Source: an uncultured Desulfobacterales bacterium (lineage in GTDB: Bacteria > Desulfobacterota > Desulfobacteria > Desulfobacterales > Desulfobacteraceae). From it: a stretch of 64,000 bases of DNA. Numbering within the stretch: the stretch's first letter is position 1; the number at the start of each line of letters is the position of its first letter. The position numbers and the translations under genes are program-made. Of the stretch, positions 46,771-56,100 are shown one piece after another. Under the pieces are notes generated by a model. The model was not told where the DNA came from, searched no databases, and saw only the letters and a list, made by a program, of their open reading frames with translations. The stretch is taken from NCBI GenBank assembly GCA_964565415.1, contig CAZMEX010000005.1:21442-85441 (forward strand). The letters run 5' to 3'.

Positions 46771-47721
46771 CTACTCTGATAATTGAGCTAATATAATAGC
46801 ATTTAATTTCTCTGAATCCTGCATTGTCGGCATATGACCAATGCCTTTTAAAACAACGGTTTTAATTGAAGGAATCATTTTTTGTATTGCCCCAAGGTTT
46901 TTAAGTGAAACACTCTTGTCAGCATCACCATAAATTAATATTGTTGGTTTATTAAGAGAATTGATTTTATTATAACTCTCTTCATAACTTCCCAGACCAT
47001 CATGTTTAAATAAGCTTCTAATCGCCCATTCAGTCCCCTTTATAGAAAACTGTTTTTTAAAAAAATTTATATATAATTTTTTATTTGGCGTTGAGGCTTC
47101 ATCAAAAAGTTCCTCTGCCCTTTTAATTAAATTTTTGCGAAGTATTAATCGGGTCAGATAAGGTCCAATAACAGGTGTTTTAATCAATGTTATTTTAAAA
47201 TTATTTTTTGATTCATCAACAATGGGAGAAACCAGAATAATTTTTTTTACACGATCAGGATTGTCAGCAGTATAAGCTGCAGCAATTCCTCCCCCCATGG
47301 AATGACCTATTATGTAAAATGGAGATGTTATTTTAAGCAGATCCATCAATTCGTTAATTTGCCTGCAATAAAACTTTTGTGAGTATTCTTCCCTGGGTCG
47401 ATCTGAAAACCCCCTGCCAAAATGATCATAGCGAATAACATTAAAGCCATGATCAGATAAAAACAGATATTGTTCATCCCAGTCATACATTGCCACAGAG
47501 AATCCGTGAACTAATAAGACTGTTTTGTTTTGATCCTTGTTATTGCTTTGATAATGAGTATAGCCATTGCTCAATTGAATAAAGTTTCCACCTGTTTTTT
47601 TCCTGAATGCATTATTGGAAATATTTTTTTCTACGTTGGATAATGGATAAGTAGCAGCAATTATTGCTATTAATAAAACCGTTATTATAAGAGTTATTTT
47701 TTTCTTATTTAATTTTATCAT
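46771..47721 (-). CDS. Alpha/beta-fold hydrolase with N-terminal anchor
   Basis: LVHGF oxyanion region, nucleophile elbow GHSMGG, C-terminal GHMP His region. Confidence 0.8.
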   Translation of the reverse strand: MIKLNKKKITLIITVLLIAIIAATYPLSNVEKNISNNAFRKKTGGNFIQLSNGYTHYQSNNKDQNKTVLLVHGFSVAMYDWDEQYLFLSDHGFNVIRYDHFGRGFSDRPREEYSQKFYCRQINELMDLLKITSPFYIIGHSMGGGIAAAYTADNPDRVKKIILVSPIVDESKNNFKITLIKTPVIGPYLTRLILRKNLIKRAEELFDEASTPNKKLYINFFKKQFSIKGTEWAIRSLFKHDGLGSYEESYNKINSLNKPTILIYGDADKSVSLKNLGAIQKMIPSIKTVVLKGIGHMPTMQDSEKLNAIILAQLSE

Positions 47722-47922
47722 TCCTATTCCTTGTCAAATGGATAGTTACATTCTTAAATTGCATATGAATTTTATCAGTGCAATCTCTCTTTGTACTCCC
47801 ACAAGAATATTATATGAAGAATTGCCTTTGGGCAAGCGTAAAATAGATTGAAAGACCGTTCTGAGGTGTACCTTGCGTTTTAGTCCATGGGTTTCTGTTT
47901 TGCATAATATTTCACAAAAGCC

Positions 47923-47951
47923 TTGACAAAGGCTTAGTAAACTTCTATTTT
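47923..47951 (+). promoter_or_regulatory. Candidate sigma70 promoter (TTGACA-17 nt-TATTTT) for the TetR-RND operon
   Basis: TTGACA at 47923-47928, 17-nt spacer, TATTTT at 47946-47951. About 40 nt upstream of the TetR start. Confidence 0.4.
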
Positions 47952-47953
47952 TA

Positions 47954-47973
47954 AATTAAACAAACGTTTAATT
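47954..47973 (+). promoter_or_regulatory. Inverted repeat, candidate TetR operator
   Basis: AATTAAAC-AAAC-GTTTAATT (8-bp arms, 4-nt spacer), immediately downstream of the putative -10. Confidence 0.35.
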
Positions 47974-47991
47974 AAGTTAGAGACGAAAATT

Positions 47992-48624
47992 ATGGTGCAG
48001 GAAATAAGAAAAAAACCGGCTGGTGCAGATTCAAAAAAAAGAATCCTGAAAAGTGCTGCAATGCTCTTTGCAAAAAAGGGGTACGGCAACTCAGGGCTTC
48101 GTGAACTTGCAGCTTCAGCAGATGTCAACCTTGCCATGATAAATTATTTTTTCGGCTCTAAAAAAAGCCTGTTAAAAGAGATTATTGCAACTTTTTTTTC
48201 AGGCTATCTGGAAGTTGCCCAAAAGGAATTAAAGGGGGATGAGAATATTTCTGTAAAGCTTGACCGGTTCATCCATGGTGCCATCTCCTATTTTTCTCAA
48301 AATCCCGAATATCTGCTGGTCACAATTACTGAACTCCCCCATGATGACCCTGATATCATTGAATACAAAGCAAGTTTTGGAAAACAGATGGCAGCAGTTG
48401 TGGAAGAGCATCTGAATACCAGTCAGTCAGACATAAAAGGAGATATCCCGCCATCTGCGGTTTTCTGTTCCATGCTCACATCCATGATGGCATCAAGATT
48501 TCTGTTTTCACCTGTTATGGAGCGTGTCCAGCCCATGACAGGTGAAATATCCATGGAAGGGTATGCAGATATTGTCAGTAAAATTTTCATAAACGGTGTA
48601 TTAAACAAGACAGGAGAAGTATGA
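47992..48624 (+). CDS. TetR/AcrR-family transcriptional regulator
   Basis: HTH region ILKSAAMLFAKKGYGNSGLRELAASADVNLAMINYFFGSKKSL. Confidence 0.85.
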   Translation: MVQEIRKKPAGADSKKRILKSAAMLFAKKGYGNSGLRELAASADVNLAMINYFFGSKKSLLKEIIATFFSGYLEVAQKELKGDENISVKLDRFIHGAISYFSQNPEYLLVTITELPHDDPDIIEYKASFGKQMAAVVEEHLNTSQSDIKGDIPPSAVFCSMLTSMMASRFLFSPVMERVQPMTGEISMEGYADIVSKIFINGVLNKTGEV

Positions 48625-51068
48625 GTATAAAAAAACGTATTGAAGCGATGTTTGAAACCTGGGCAAGGCTAGTGATCAGGTTCAGATTTCTTGTGTTAAT
48701 CCTTGCTCTGATCCCGACATTTCTCATGGGATCACAGATTAGAAATCTAACCATGGACACATCCAATGAAGGACTTCTCCATCCTGATGATCCCATACTG
48801 ACATCATATAATTCCTTTAGAGATCAATTTGGCAGGGATGATCTGCTGGTCATTGCTATCAAGAGTGACAATATTTTTACCCTACCGTTTTTAACAAAAC
48901 TGAAAAAGCTCCATGATCAGCTGGAAGCCCAGGTCCCCCATTTAAATGATATTACTTCCCTGGTAAATGCACGGGACACCCGGGGCAGAGGAGAGACACT
49001 TTTAGTGGATGATCTGCTCCTTGAGTTCCCGGAAAATGACCAGGACCTTGCTCTTTTGAAAAAACGGGTCATGGCAAACCCTGTTTACCAAAACCAGCTT
49101 GTCTCTGTGGACAATACTTTTACCACAATCATAATAAAGAGTGACACCTATTCAGGTGCAGGCGTGTCAGATGATGATGCCCTTGAAGGTTTTGATGAGG
49201 AGACCCTGCCTCCTTCCAATGAAAAAAGTGCCCAAACCCAAGAGAGACCTGCATTTTTGACAGATCAGGAAAATACTGAAATGGTGGCTGAAGCTGAAAA
49301 AATTGCCATGACCTATGACAGTCCTGATTTCAAAATATTCCTGGCAGGCAGCCCCATTGTCACCCACACTGTGAAACTTTTAATGATGAAAGATATGAAA
49401 AGGTTTCTTCGTCTTGCAGTTCTCACCATCGGACTCTGCCTCTTTTTCATGTTCCGCCGTGTTTCAGGTGTTGTGCTGCCCCTTTTGGTTGTGGGTCTGA
49501 CATTGATATCCACATTGGGTTTAATGGCGCTTTTTAACATTCAATTTAAAGTACCCACTATTATTCTTCCATCTTTTCTGCTGGCTGTGGGGGTAGGTGC
49601 ATCTGTACACCTCCTCTCCCTGGTCTACCAGAAGCTGCGCAGGGGAGAATCAAAAGACAATGCATTAATCCATGCCCTGGGTCATTCTGGTCTTGCAATA
49701 TTCATGACCTCCCTTACAACGGCAGCAGGGCTTGCCTCCTTTGCAGCAGCCAAAGTTGCCCCCATAGCTGACCTTGGTCTTTTCTCCGCAGCAGGGGTAC
49801 TATTATCCCTTTTTTTTACCATCACACTTCTTCCTGCACTGCTTGTAATTTTTCCACTTAAACAGAGAAAAGAGGCCGAGGATAAAATCGGAACAAGCCT
49901 GTTTGATAGCTTTCTTGACAGGACAGCTGATATTACCACACAGCACCCGAAAAAAATTGCACTCATCTCCCTTATGATAGTTCTGCTATTTTCCGCCGGC
50001 ATTCCAAGGCTTAGATTCTCCCACAACCTTATTGCATGGCTGCCTGCTGATCTGCCGGTCAGGGTTGCAACCCAGGTGATTGACAACAACCTTAAGGGCA
50101 GTGTGGCTCTGGAAGTAATCCTTGATACAGGCAGTGAAAACGGTCTGTATGACCGAGACGTTCTCCTTGCCATGGAGAGCCTTGGAACAGAACTTGAGAC
50201 CTTTAAAAAATATTCTCTTTTTGTGGGAAAGGTATTTGATGTCACAACCATTTTAAAGGAGATCCACAAAGCACTCAATGAGAACAGATCAGACATGTAC
50301 AAGATTCCCGATGGTGCAGCCTTGATTCCCCAGGAGTTTCTTCTGTTTGAAAATTCCGGGTCTGATGATCTTGAGGATTTTGTGAATTCCGCCTTTTCAA
50401 AGGCCAGGATCACCATTAAAGTCCCATGGCGGGATGCACTCTCCTATGTTCCCTTTATCAGAGAAATCGAAGAAAAATTCCACAAGACCTTTGACTCCAT
50501 TAAAGTAAATGGCAGACCTGTATCAATATCCACCACAGGCATTATGTCACTCTTTGCAAGGATACTGTATGCCACCATGTATTCGGCTGCCCAGAGCTAC
50601 GGCATTGCCATTGCGGTCATAACAATTATGATGATTTTCCTCCTGGGGGATCTGCGCATGGGTCTTATTGCCATGCTACCCAACATCAGTCCCATACTTG
50701 TGGTTATGGGGATCATGGGCTGGTTCCGCATCCCCCTTGACATGTTTACCATGCTTGTGGCATCCATTGCCATTGGTCTTGCCGTTGATGATACAATTCA
50801 CTTTGTTTACCATTTCAGAAGGTATTACAGGGAGACAGGCAATGTTCATAAGGCAGTTGCCAGCACACTGCACACTGCCGGACGTGCCATGCTCACCACA
50901 TCCATTGTGCTCTCCATAGGTTTTTTTATTTTTATGTTTGCATCCATGCACAATGTATTTTATTTTGGCATGCTTGTGGGTCTTGCCATTATTATTGCGC
51001 TTCTGGCAGACTTTTTTCTTGCCCCTGCCCTCATGGCCATGGCCCTGGGAAAACATCAACATAATTAA
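48621..51068 (+). CDS. RND-superfamily exporter (MMPL/HpnN-like, two 6-TM bundles plus two periplasmic loops)
   Basis: 815 aa. Repeated TM blocks with GxxxD-type motifs (IAIGLAVDDTIHF). Start overlaps the TetR stop by 4 nt. Confidence 0.85.
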   Translation: MSIKKRIEAMFETWARLVIRFRFLVLILALIPTFLMGSQIRNLTMDTSNEGLLHPDDPILTSYNSFRDQFGRDDLLVIAIKSDNIFTLPFLTKLKKLHDQLEAQVPHLNDITSLVNARDTRGRGETLLVDDLLLEFPENDQDLALLKKRVMANPVYQNQLVSVDNTFTTIIIKSDTYSGAGVSDDDALEGFDEETLPPSNEKSAQTQERPAFLTDQENTEMVAEAEKIAMTYDSPDFKIFLAGSPIVTHTVKLLMMKDMKRFLRLAVLTIGLCLFFMFRRVSGVVLPLLVVGLTLISTLGLMALFNIQFKVPTIILPSFLLAVGVGASVHLLSLVYQKLRRGESKDNALIHALGHSGLAIFMTSLTTAAGLASFAAAKVAPIADLGLFSAAGVLLSLFFTITLLPALLVIFPLKQRKEAEDKIGTSLFDSFLDRTADITTQHPKKIALISLMIVLLFSAGIPRLRFSHNLIAWLPADLPVRVATQVIDNNLKGSVALEVILDTGSENGLYDRDVLLAMESLGTELETFKKYSLFVGKVFDVTTILKEIHKALNENRSDMYKIPDGAALIPQEFLLFENSGSDDLEDFVNSAFSKARITIKVPWRDALSYVPFIREIEEKFHKTFDSIKVNGRPVSISTTGIMSLFARILYATMYSAAQSYGIAIAVITIMMIFLLGDLRMGLIAMLPNISPILVVMGIMGWFRIPLDMFTMLVASIAIGLAVDDTIHFVYHFRRYYRETGNVHKAVASTLHTAGRAMLTTSIVLSIGFFIFMFASMHNVFYFGMLVGLAIIIALLADFFLAPALMAMALGKHQHN

Positions 51069-51082
51069 AAACGGAGAAAAAA

Positions 51083-51889
51083 ATGAAACTTAAAAAAAAA
51101 TATTATGTCCCCTTTACAATTGTTTTAATGATCCTGGTTTTAACCTCAAGCACCTTTGCCCTGACAGCCAGAGAAATCATGGAAAAGGTGGATGCCAGAA
51201 ACGACGGCGATAACATGACAGCCAATGTGCAGATGATACTCATTGACCGCCAGAACCACCAGCGGATCAGGGATATGAAAGTGTTTACCAAAGATAAGGG
51301 AAAAGACACCTTAAAAATGCAGTTTTTTCTCTCCCCTGCCGATGTTAAAAACACAGGTTTCCTGACCTATGATTATTATGAAGGTGCAAGGGATGATGAC
51401 CAGTGGCTCTTCCTGCCCGATCTGCATAAAACCAAACGCATTGCCACATCAGACAAATCCTCATCATTCATGGGATCTGATTTCTCCTATGCTGATATCA
51501 CCCAAAGGGTTCTTGACGAATGGAAATACAAACTTCTTAAAGAGGGAAAGGTTAACAATAAAAAAGTCTGGCTCATTGAAGCCGTGCCCGTATCTGACAA
51601 GGTGAGGGACAGGTATGGATACCTTAAATCCGTGGTTTTTATCCGCCAGGATATTTTCATGGGAGTCAGGGCAGTACACTGGCTTAAAGAGGGCAAAAAG
51701 ATAAAATATCAGGAGAACAAAGGCATCAAACAGATTGACGGGGTATGGGTTGCAACGGAACTCCACATGAAGACCACCAAAAACAAGGTAACTTCCCACC
51801 GTACAATCATGCGGTATTCTGATATTAAATTTAACCAGAACCTTTCTGATAAACTGTTTACAGTCAGAACTCTGGAAAAGGGAATCTAG
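51083..51889 (+). CDS. LolA-like outer-membrane lipoprotein-sorting family protein
   Basis: Signal peptide, LTAREIMEKVDARNDGDN, DDQWLFLPDLHKTKRIA, SFMGSDFSYADI. This pattern is typical of the LolA_like family found next to RND exporters. Confidence 0.7.
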   Translation: MKLKKKYYVPFTIVLMILVLTSSTFALTAREIMEKVDARNDGDNMTANVQMILIDRQNHQRIRDMKVFTKDKGKDTLKMQFFLSPADVKNTGFLTYDYYEGARDDDQWLFLPDLHKTKRIATSDKSSSFMGSDFSYADITQRVLDEWKYKLLKEGKVNNKKVWLIEAVPVSDKVRDRYGYLKSVVFIRQDIFMGVRAVHWLKEGKKIKYQENKGIKQIDGVWVATELHMKTTKNKVTSHRTIMRYSDIKFNQNLSDKLFTVRTLEKGI

Positions 51890-51900
51890 GTATTTAAGCC

Positions 51901-53289
51901 ATGCATAATATCAGCATACACAGACCATCTCTTTTGTTCACCCTTATTATTATTCTTTTTGCTGCCTTTTCAATACACACTGCGCCTGCCAGATCTGATG
52001 AGAATCTGGACGATATCTTGTCAGGTTTTACTGAATCTGAGAACCATACAGAAGTTACAACCAATAAAAAACTTCCTCCATGGATCGATATATCCGGCTC
52101 CCTTACCATTGGTACTTCCTGGAATTTTGCACAGAAATCCCCGGACCCGGGCAGGCCAGATTATCGTGGAATTTCCATGCTTCGCACCACAGCAGCCCTG
52201 AACACTGATTTCAATATCAACTCATGGCAGGCAAGGATCAGCGGTCATGGGTTCTATGATGCAGCCTGGCATTATAATGACAGAGACCTTTACACAGACC
52301 GTTTTTTAGATTCCATGGAAGATGAATTTGAATTTGATGATTTTTACATTGCAGGCAGCCTTGCCAACCACCTTGATATTAAAATCGGCAGACAGGTTGT
52401 TGTCTGGGGCAAGGCAGACAATGTCCGGGTAACTGATGTTTTAAACCCTTTGAACAACCAGACCCCGGGCATGGTTGATATCAAATACCGGAGACTTCCT
52501 GTCTGCATGGGAAAGCTTGACTATTATACAGGCAGCTGGAATTTGAGCACCATCTTAATCCAGGAGGTCAGGTTTGATAAAAACCCAATTTTCAACAGTG
52601 AATTCTATCCAGGCACCATGCCAATGCCGCAGGAGAAAAATCCAGCCCCATTTTCCCCTGATATCCGGCAGTACGGAATTGCCCTGAACGGCATCTTTTC
52701 CGGCTGGGATATATCTTTTTACCGTGCCAGAATCTATGATAACCGCGCCCACATAACAACAGACAGTGGCATGGTCCTACGGGAGCACAATAGAGTCTCC
52801 ATGACCGGCATAACCTGCAACATGGCATGGGGAAACCTGCTTTTCAAAGGGGAAGGTGCTTTCTGGCAGGACCTTGAGTTTGGTGCTGTTCCTAACCAGG
52901 ATTTTAATAGGATTGATCTCATGGCTGGTCTTGAGTACACAGGGTTTTCCGAAACAATGGTCTCACTGGAAGTAGTCAACCGACACATAAACAATTTTGA
53001 TCACCGCCTTACCCTTGCCCCGGACTTTGCCCGAAAAGACCTTTTGCAGACAGTACTCATGATGACAAAAGATTTTGCCAATGACACGGTACAGCTTAAA
53101 ATTCTCTGTTCGATTTTTGGACCAAAAGGCAATGATGGTGCCTTTGAGAGAGCTCAACTGGAATACAATTTAAGTGATCACACAACCCTGACCCTTGGCT
53201 TTGTCCTGTACCAGACCGGTGATCTGCCGGGGTTCAGCACCATTGGCAGCAGCGACAGAATCTTTTTTGAATACAAGTATGCGTTTTAA
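51901..53289 (+). CDS. DUF1302-like outer-membrane beta-barrel protein
   Basis: Signal peptide, KIGRQVVVWGKADNVRVTDVLNP motif, alternating beta-strand pattern, C-terminal YKYAF. Confidence 0.6.
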   Translation: MHNISIHRPSLLFTLIIILFAAFSIHTAPARSDENLDDILSGFTESENHTEVTTNKKLPPWIDISGSLTIGTSWNFAQKSPDPGRPDYRGISMLRTTAALNTDFNINSWQARISGHGFYDAAWHYNDRDLYTDRFLDSMEDEFEFDDFYIAGSLANHLDIKIGRQVVVWGKADNVRVTDVLNPLNNQTPGMVDIKYRRLPVCMGKLDYYTGSWNLSTILIQEVRFDKNPIFNSEFYPGTMPMPQEKNPAPFSPDIRQYGIALNGIFSGWDISFYRARIYDNRAHITTDSGMVLREHNRVSMTGITCNMAWGNLLFKGEGAFWQDLEFGAVPNQDFNRIDLMAGLEYTGFSETMVSLEVVNRHINNFDHRLTLAPDFARKDLLQTVLMMTKDFANDTVQLKILCSIFGPKGNDGAFERAQLEYNLSDHTTLTLGFVLYQTGDLPGFSTIGSSDRIFFEYKYAF

Positions 53290-53393
53290 CCTTTTATTTA
53301 AAAGCATTTGAAGTGCAATGTTTGCTGTTAGTTTCACCCTTGGAATTTAATAAAAACATTGGAATAGGTTTTACTTTTTTCCTGGAAAGTCTT

Positions 53394-53813
53394 CTATTTC
53401 CCAAACTCCCACCATTTCTTATTTGCCTTGCGTTCTCTCTCTGGTTTTTCATTCTCTTTAATTTCTTTTAGCTCATTTTCTACTTGTCGGAGGTACTCCA
53501 TCCAGTCAGACGCTTTTGTGGTGTGCTTGCCTGTTTCCATATCAAAGGTAAAGACACAAGAGTTGTCAGCTGTAAGATCGACAAAATACAGCTCCTCTCC
53601 TCCGTCACTTCCAATTATAAAGAGTTTGCCAATGCCAGGGTGTTCACCCGAGCCCTGATTGTAGTCTATAATGGGCTCTGGATCGTTCGGCAAAAGAAAC
53701 TCATTAGCAAAAGAATTAGCAGGAAATGGATAGTCCAGCATGGTCCTGCGATAGTATTCAGGCAGAAGCATGTTAAGCGAAGATTCTATCATTCTGATGT
53801 CGGATTCTATCAT
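53394..53813 (-). CDS. SMI1/KNR4 (SUKH-1) family protein, putative immunity protein
   Basis: N-terminal IESSLNMLLPEYYRRTML and central LFIIGSDGGEELYFVDL pattern typical of SUKH-1. Confidence 0.6.
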   Translation of the reverse strand: MIESDIRMIESSLNMLLPEYYRRTMLDYPFPANSFANEFLLPNDPEPIIDYNQGSGEHPGIGKLFIIGSDGGEELYFVDLTADNSCVFTFDMETGKHTTKASDWMEYLRQVENELKEIKENEKPERERKANKKWWEFGK

Positions 53814-54081
53814 TTTTCCTCCCTACAAAAAAATAAGTGATCGGGGCTTTATGCCAACGAACTTTGCATGATAAAAATTTATATTAAAACCAAAATCTTC
53901 GGTTTTATCATTAGTGTTTTTGTTTGTTGATATTAACCAATGTTTATTTTTTGCCATAATAAGTTATTAATAGTTGCCATATATAATGATTTTAGTTAAG
54001 CATAATTTCATCATGTAAACAAACTACTTCCAATTTAACTTGAGAGTGGTTATAATTCAGTATTTAGAAAGGATTAAAAAA

Positions 54082-54254
54082 ATGAATCTTGGTGATAGAA
54101 TTAAACAATTAAGAAAAGAGAAGACTCTGAACTTTTAAAACGTATTCAGAATATTACAGACCTTACAGAAGCAGACGGGAGTTCACTGTTTCATATCATT
54201 GACGCTCTTCTTGCAAAAAATAAAGTTAAAGATTTTGCAAAAAATCTTTGTTGA
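54082..54254 (+). pseudogene. XRE-family HTH regulator remnant (internal deletion/frameshift)
   Basis: MNLGDRIKQLRKEKTLNF then a stop. The typical C-terminal tail ELLKRIQNITDLTEADGSSLFHIIDALLAKNK continues in another frame. The HTH core is missing. Confidence 0.5.
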
Positions 54255-54270
54255 TAAAAAGGGGGAAGCC

Positions 54271-54477
54271 ATGCAAACCGTAATTGATGAAAGCAAACTC
54301 AGGCAAGTCTTTAAAGATGTACTTGTTGAAATGTTTGAAAAAAAGAGAGACATCTTTCATGACATAGTTATAGAAGCTATGGAAGATGTTGCTTTAAGCC
54401 GTGCAATCCAGGAAGGCGAGGAATCAGGGACAGCAACTAAACAGGAAGTCTTTGATATACTGGAAGGTCGTGCGTGA
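54271..54477 (+). CDS. Putative antitoxin of the RelE/ParE pair
   Basis: 68-aa acidic protein. GGGGGAAG RBS. Its stop overlaps the toxin's GTG start (GTGA). Confidence 0.6.
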   Translation: MQTVIDESKLRQVFKDVLVEMFEKKRDIFHDIVIEAMEDVALSRAIQEGEESGTATKQEVFDILEGRA

Positions 54478-54743
54478 AGATCGAATATAGAAAAAGTTTT
54501 ACCAAGGATTTAAAAAAACGTACAACTGACAAACCACTGCTTGAAAGAGTCAAAAAGGTCATACTTGAAGTTGAAGAAGCTCAAAACACCCATGGAATAA
54601 AAAATCTAAAAAAACTTAAAGCCCAAGGCAATCACTACAGAATTAGGCTTGGTAATTATCGGTTTGGTCTTATTGTCGAGAGCGATATTGTCATATTTGT
54701 CAGATTTTTACCACGCCCTGATATTTATAAATATTTTCCTTAA
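54474..54743 (+). CDS. RelE/ParE-family type II toxin
   Basis: 89 aa. KIEYRKSFTKDLKK...YRIRLGNYRFGLIVE...IVIFVRFLPRPDIY pattern is typical of RelE/StbE toxins. Confidence 0.8.
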   Translation: MKIEYRKSFTKDLKKRTTDKPLLERVKKVILEVEEAQNTHGIKNLKKLKAQGNHYRIRLGNYRFGLIVESDIVIFVRFLPRPDIYKYFP

Positions 54744-55850
54744 CTGCTATTGGAATACATGACCACCTTTTTTAGTTTTTCCCAAGGTGCAACTGCACCT
54801 TGGACATCAACCGCAGCGGTTGATGCGTTTGCGGGATATTTGCCTTGCATTGCTATTTTGGTCATAATAGATGAAAGGCTGCCGGGGTTCGGCTTTGAGA
54901 CCTTGAGGCTATGTCCTCTTGCAAAGACTGCCGATACCGGTTTATTACACTTACCGCTTGACGCGCGTATCTGCACTGATTTAGCTGCGAGGACGTGTTT
55001 CACCAGTGTCACCCCCAATTGGGCATCCTTAATTATAAAAATATTGAAAGGAGATTTGCTCAAATGTGGACTTTGGGAATCTACATTGCAAAACGCCAGC
55101 ATGTTGCAACTATGCTGGATGAAAAAGGGAAAAAAGTATTTGGAAATTTTTCGTTTACCAATACAAATGAGGGTTTGAATTTGCTTTTGAATCGCATTAA
55201 ACAAATTGATATCTCTACAAATAATCTGCATAGGTATGGAAGCTGGTCATTACTGGATGATTCTTTACCACTGTCTTGTTGATGTAGGATTCCAGCTTAG
55301 ATTGATTAATCCTTTGATGACTGCTGCAAGACGTCATGTTGGAATCAGGGGAACAAAAACTGATTCTGCAGATGCTGAACTTATTGCTAATATTCTCAGA
55401 GAAGCTGATCCAAAATTTTCTGCAGTTCCTGATGATGAAACACGTCAGTTGCGTAATCTTATGCGCCTTCGTTATGAATGCAGTCAAACATTTGTTGCTG
55501 AAAAGCATAGATTGAATAGCCTGCTGGATCTTGTTTTTCCAGAGTATGCAGACCATTTTTCGGATATCTTTGGTGCTGCCAGCAGGGAGTTCTCAATTTC
55601 CTACAGCTAAAGAAATTGGGAAAATTGATATCAGAAAGCTTATCGGTATTCTTAAAAAAGCCAGCAAGGGACGGATGGGTCGTGAGCATGCTCAACAGCT
55701 TAAAACATCCGCAATAAACTCTTTTGCTCTGACTATAACCAATAGCTCTTTTGCACTTGAGATTAGATTCCTTGTGCAACGCATGAATCTTCTCATGGAG
55801 CAGATGGAAGCGCTGGGAAAGCAGGCAAAAAAATATTTGAAGGCTGTAAA
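54744..55850 (+). mobile_element. Degraded IS110-family element: about 320-nt structured non-coding left end plus an inactivated transposase
   Basis: A GC-richer non-coding block begins right after the relE stop. It is followed by an RBS and a DEDD-type transposase reading frame broken into three frames and lacking the C-terminal domain. Confidence 0.75.
55064..55850 (+). pseudogene. IS110-family (DEDD) transposase pseudogene, at least 2 frameshifts and 3' truncation
   Basis: MWTLGIYIAKRQHVATMLDEKGK..., shift near 55228, IGMEAGHYWMILYHCLVDVGFQLRLINP...KTDSADAELIA..., shift near 55585, FPTAKEIGKIDIRKL...MEALGKQAKKYL. The PGIG-containing Transposase_20 part is absent. Confidence 0.8.
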
Positions 55851-56100
55851 TCTTACCAGATTACTTTATTTTTACTTCTTTTTTTATCTACCATCAAAAA
55901 AAAACAGTTGAAAAATTTGTTTATTTTTTATCTCAAAGCTTTTTCATACCTCTTTTTTGCCTTGTATGAGTTTTTGTATAGTTCAAGTTCAGGCTGGATA
56001 CACTTACCCACTTAAACAAATCAATTGACATCTTTTTGGCATGCGAGTATATTTAGGTGTATCGGAAAAAAACAGCGAGTAATTTTGGATTGAGGTTAAA

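Noticed and set aside
49682-50416. 244-aa minus-strand ORF inside the RND exporter gene
   Set aside because: A shadow ORF made possible by the locally higher G+C. The Ser/Arg/Ala-rich translation has no domain features. I used it only as supporting evidence for the compositional shift.
54740-55231. 163-aa minus-strand and 142-aa plus-strand ORFs over the IS110 left end
   Set aside because: No RBS and no protein-like pattern. They overlap perfect hairpins and the start of the transposase. The region is better explained as a structured non-coding IS end.
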